Shown here: one piece after another, positions 17,043 to 18,001 of the stretch
How the letters are laid out: each line of letters starts with the position of its first letter
How positions within the stretch are numbered: position 1 is the stretch's first letter
Assembly (NCBI GenBank): GCA_964592405.1
Contig: CAZQBY010000011.1
Span: 20,096-38,096 of the forward strand
Source: an uncultured archaeon
GTDB taxonomy: Archaea > Altiarchaeota > Altiarchaeia > JAFGQM01
DNA: 18,001 bases
Reading direction: 5' to 3'
Made by a program: the position numbers and the translations under genes
Notes under the pieces: generated by a model
Told to the model about the DNA's origin: nothing
Seen by the model: the letters and a program-made list of their open reading frames with translations, nothing else
Database searches by the model: none

Positions 17043-17594
17043 ATGACAGAGATTGTGCCTTATATAGACAAGGAATTTGTCGACAAGATAGAAGGCAGAG
17101 ACTCGGACAAGAAGAGGAAAGATTACATAAGCTGGGACGAGTATTTTATGGGTGTTGCCCTGCTCTCCGCCCAGCGCAGCAAGGACCCGAGTACGCAGGT
17201 GGGCGCCTGCATAGTCGATGAAAACAACAAGATAGTGGGCATAGGCTACAACGGATTCCCCCGCGGATGCAGCGATGATGAACTGCCATGGGCAAGGAAT
17301 GCAACACATATCAACAATACAAAATATCCGTATGTTGTCCATGCCGAGGTCAATGCAATACTCAACTCAACGAAGGACCTCAACGGTGCGCGCATATACG
17401 TGGCACTTTTTCCCTGCAATGAATGCGCCAAGATGATAATACAATCGGGCATAAAAGAGATAGTCTACCTGAGTGACAAATATGCAGAAACAGATTCTGT
17501 CAGGGCGGCCAAGAGGATGATAGAAATGGCAGGGATAAAATACAGGAGACTAAAGACCCGCCTGAAGCAGCTCAACATAGAATTTAGGGTCTGA
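17043..17594 (+). CDS. dCMP (deoxycytidylate) deaminase
   Basis: SWDEYFM, RSKDPSTQVGACIV, GYNGFPRG, KYPYVVHAEVNAILN, LFPCNECAK (Zn motif HAE...PCxxC), IIQSGIKE. Confidence 0.95.
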   Translation: MTEIVPYIDKEFVDKIEGRDSDKKRKDYISWDEYFMGVALLSAQRSKDPSTQVGACIVDENNKIVGIGYNGFPRGCSDDELPWARNATHINNTKYPYVVHAEVNAILNSTKDLNGARIYVALFPCNECAKMIIQSGIKEIVYLSDKYAETDSVRAAKRMIEMAGIKYRRLKTRLKQLNIEFRV

Positions 17595-17630
17595 TAGATG
17601 CGTTTTTAGTCTTTTAAGCCTAAATTAAGT

Positions 17631-17948
17631 ATGGCAAAGGAAAAAGCGGCAGAAGCCTCGGCAGGTGATTGGAAGCATGATATCGCCTACAGGCTGGTTG
17701 AACTATATATCAAGGAACTGACCGAAAGGAGAGACCGCAAGATTCTGGATATTGAGGGCCTAGTGGAGTCATATCTCTATGTGCTTGGCCGCTTGAAGGC
17801 CAGTGAGCACGAAATGGACAGTATTGTCAAAGCCATCAAGAAGGAACTGAAAAAAGAACCCGAACCTCCAGAGGTCAGTGGCCTGAAGGATGCTATCGGC
17901 GAGAAGAAACTGAGCGCTGGTCTGCTAAAGGCCCTGGAAGGTATGTAA
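17631..17948 (+). CDS. Hypothetical protein, predicted alpha-helical
   Basis: 105 aa, ATG start after an AT-rich stretch (TTTTAAG at 17612-17618). Amphipathic helical N-terminal core followed by a charged tail; no motif recognised. Confidence 0.75.
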   Translation: MAKEKAAEASAGDWKHDIAYRLVELYIKELTERRDRKILDIEGLVESYLYVLGRLKASEHEMDSIVKAIKKELKKEPEPPEVSGLKDAIGEKKLSAGLLKALEGM

Positions 17949-18001
17949 CACATAAGCACTTAAATCCGCCTGATTACAAAGAGCGCTCCCCTCATTTGTT
18001 A

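Noticed and set aside
17976-17999. Possible hairpin ACAAAGAG...CTCATTTGT at the window end
   Set aside because: Short, bulged and truncated by the window edge; not enough to call a terminator or RNA.

Overview
Gene-dense archaeal chromosomal segment (roughly 50% GC by eye, TATA-type promoters, many apparently leaderless genes). No mobile element, CRISPR array, tRNA or rRNA was recognised. Gene order: ilvD (+); DNA polymerase D small subunit DP1 (-); three tandem ~92-102 aa four-helix membrane proteins of unknown family plus a PfkB/nucleoside-kinase gene (+); the conserved archaeal exosome/proteasome superoperon on the - strand (rpp14/pop5, psmA, SBDS, rrp4, rrp41, rrp42, rpl37ae, rpoP, pcc1) ending in a class II HMG-CoA reductase; fen1 followed directly by a divergent LMW-PTP/PTS-IIB-like protein (+); pdxS-pdxT (-); elp3 (+); a P-loop NMP-kinase-like gene with a small membrane protein (-), head-to-head with a dCMP deaminase (+); and a hypothetical protein. 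The best leads are: (1) the cluster of paralogous small membrane proteins with a perfect 16-bp palindrome beside a TATA box, next to a nucleoside kinase; (2) the Arg-less phosphatase-fold protein coupled to fen1; (3) the split kinase + dCMP deaminase pair, which matches the domain content of AvcD/Dcd. All calls come from motif recognition by eye; no database search was run.
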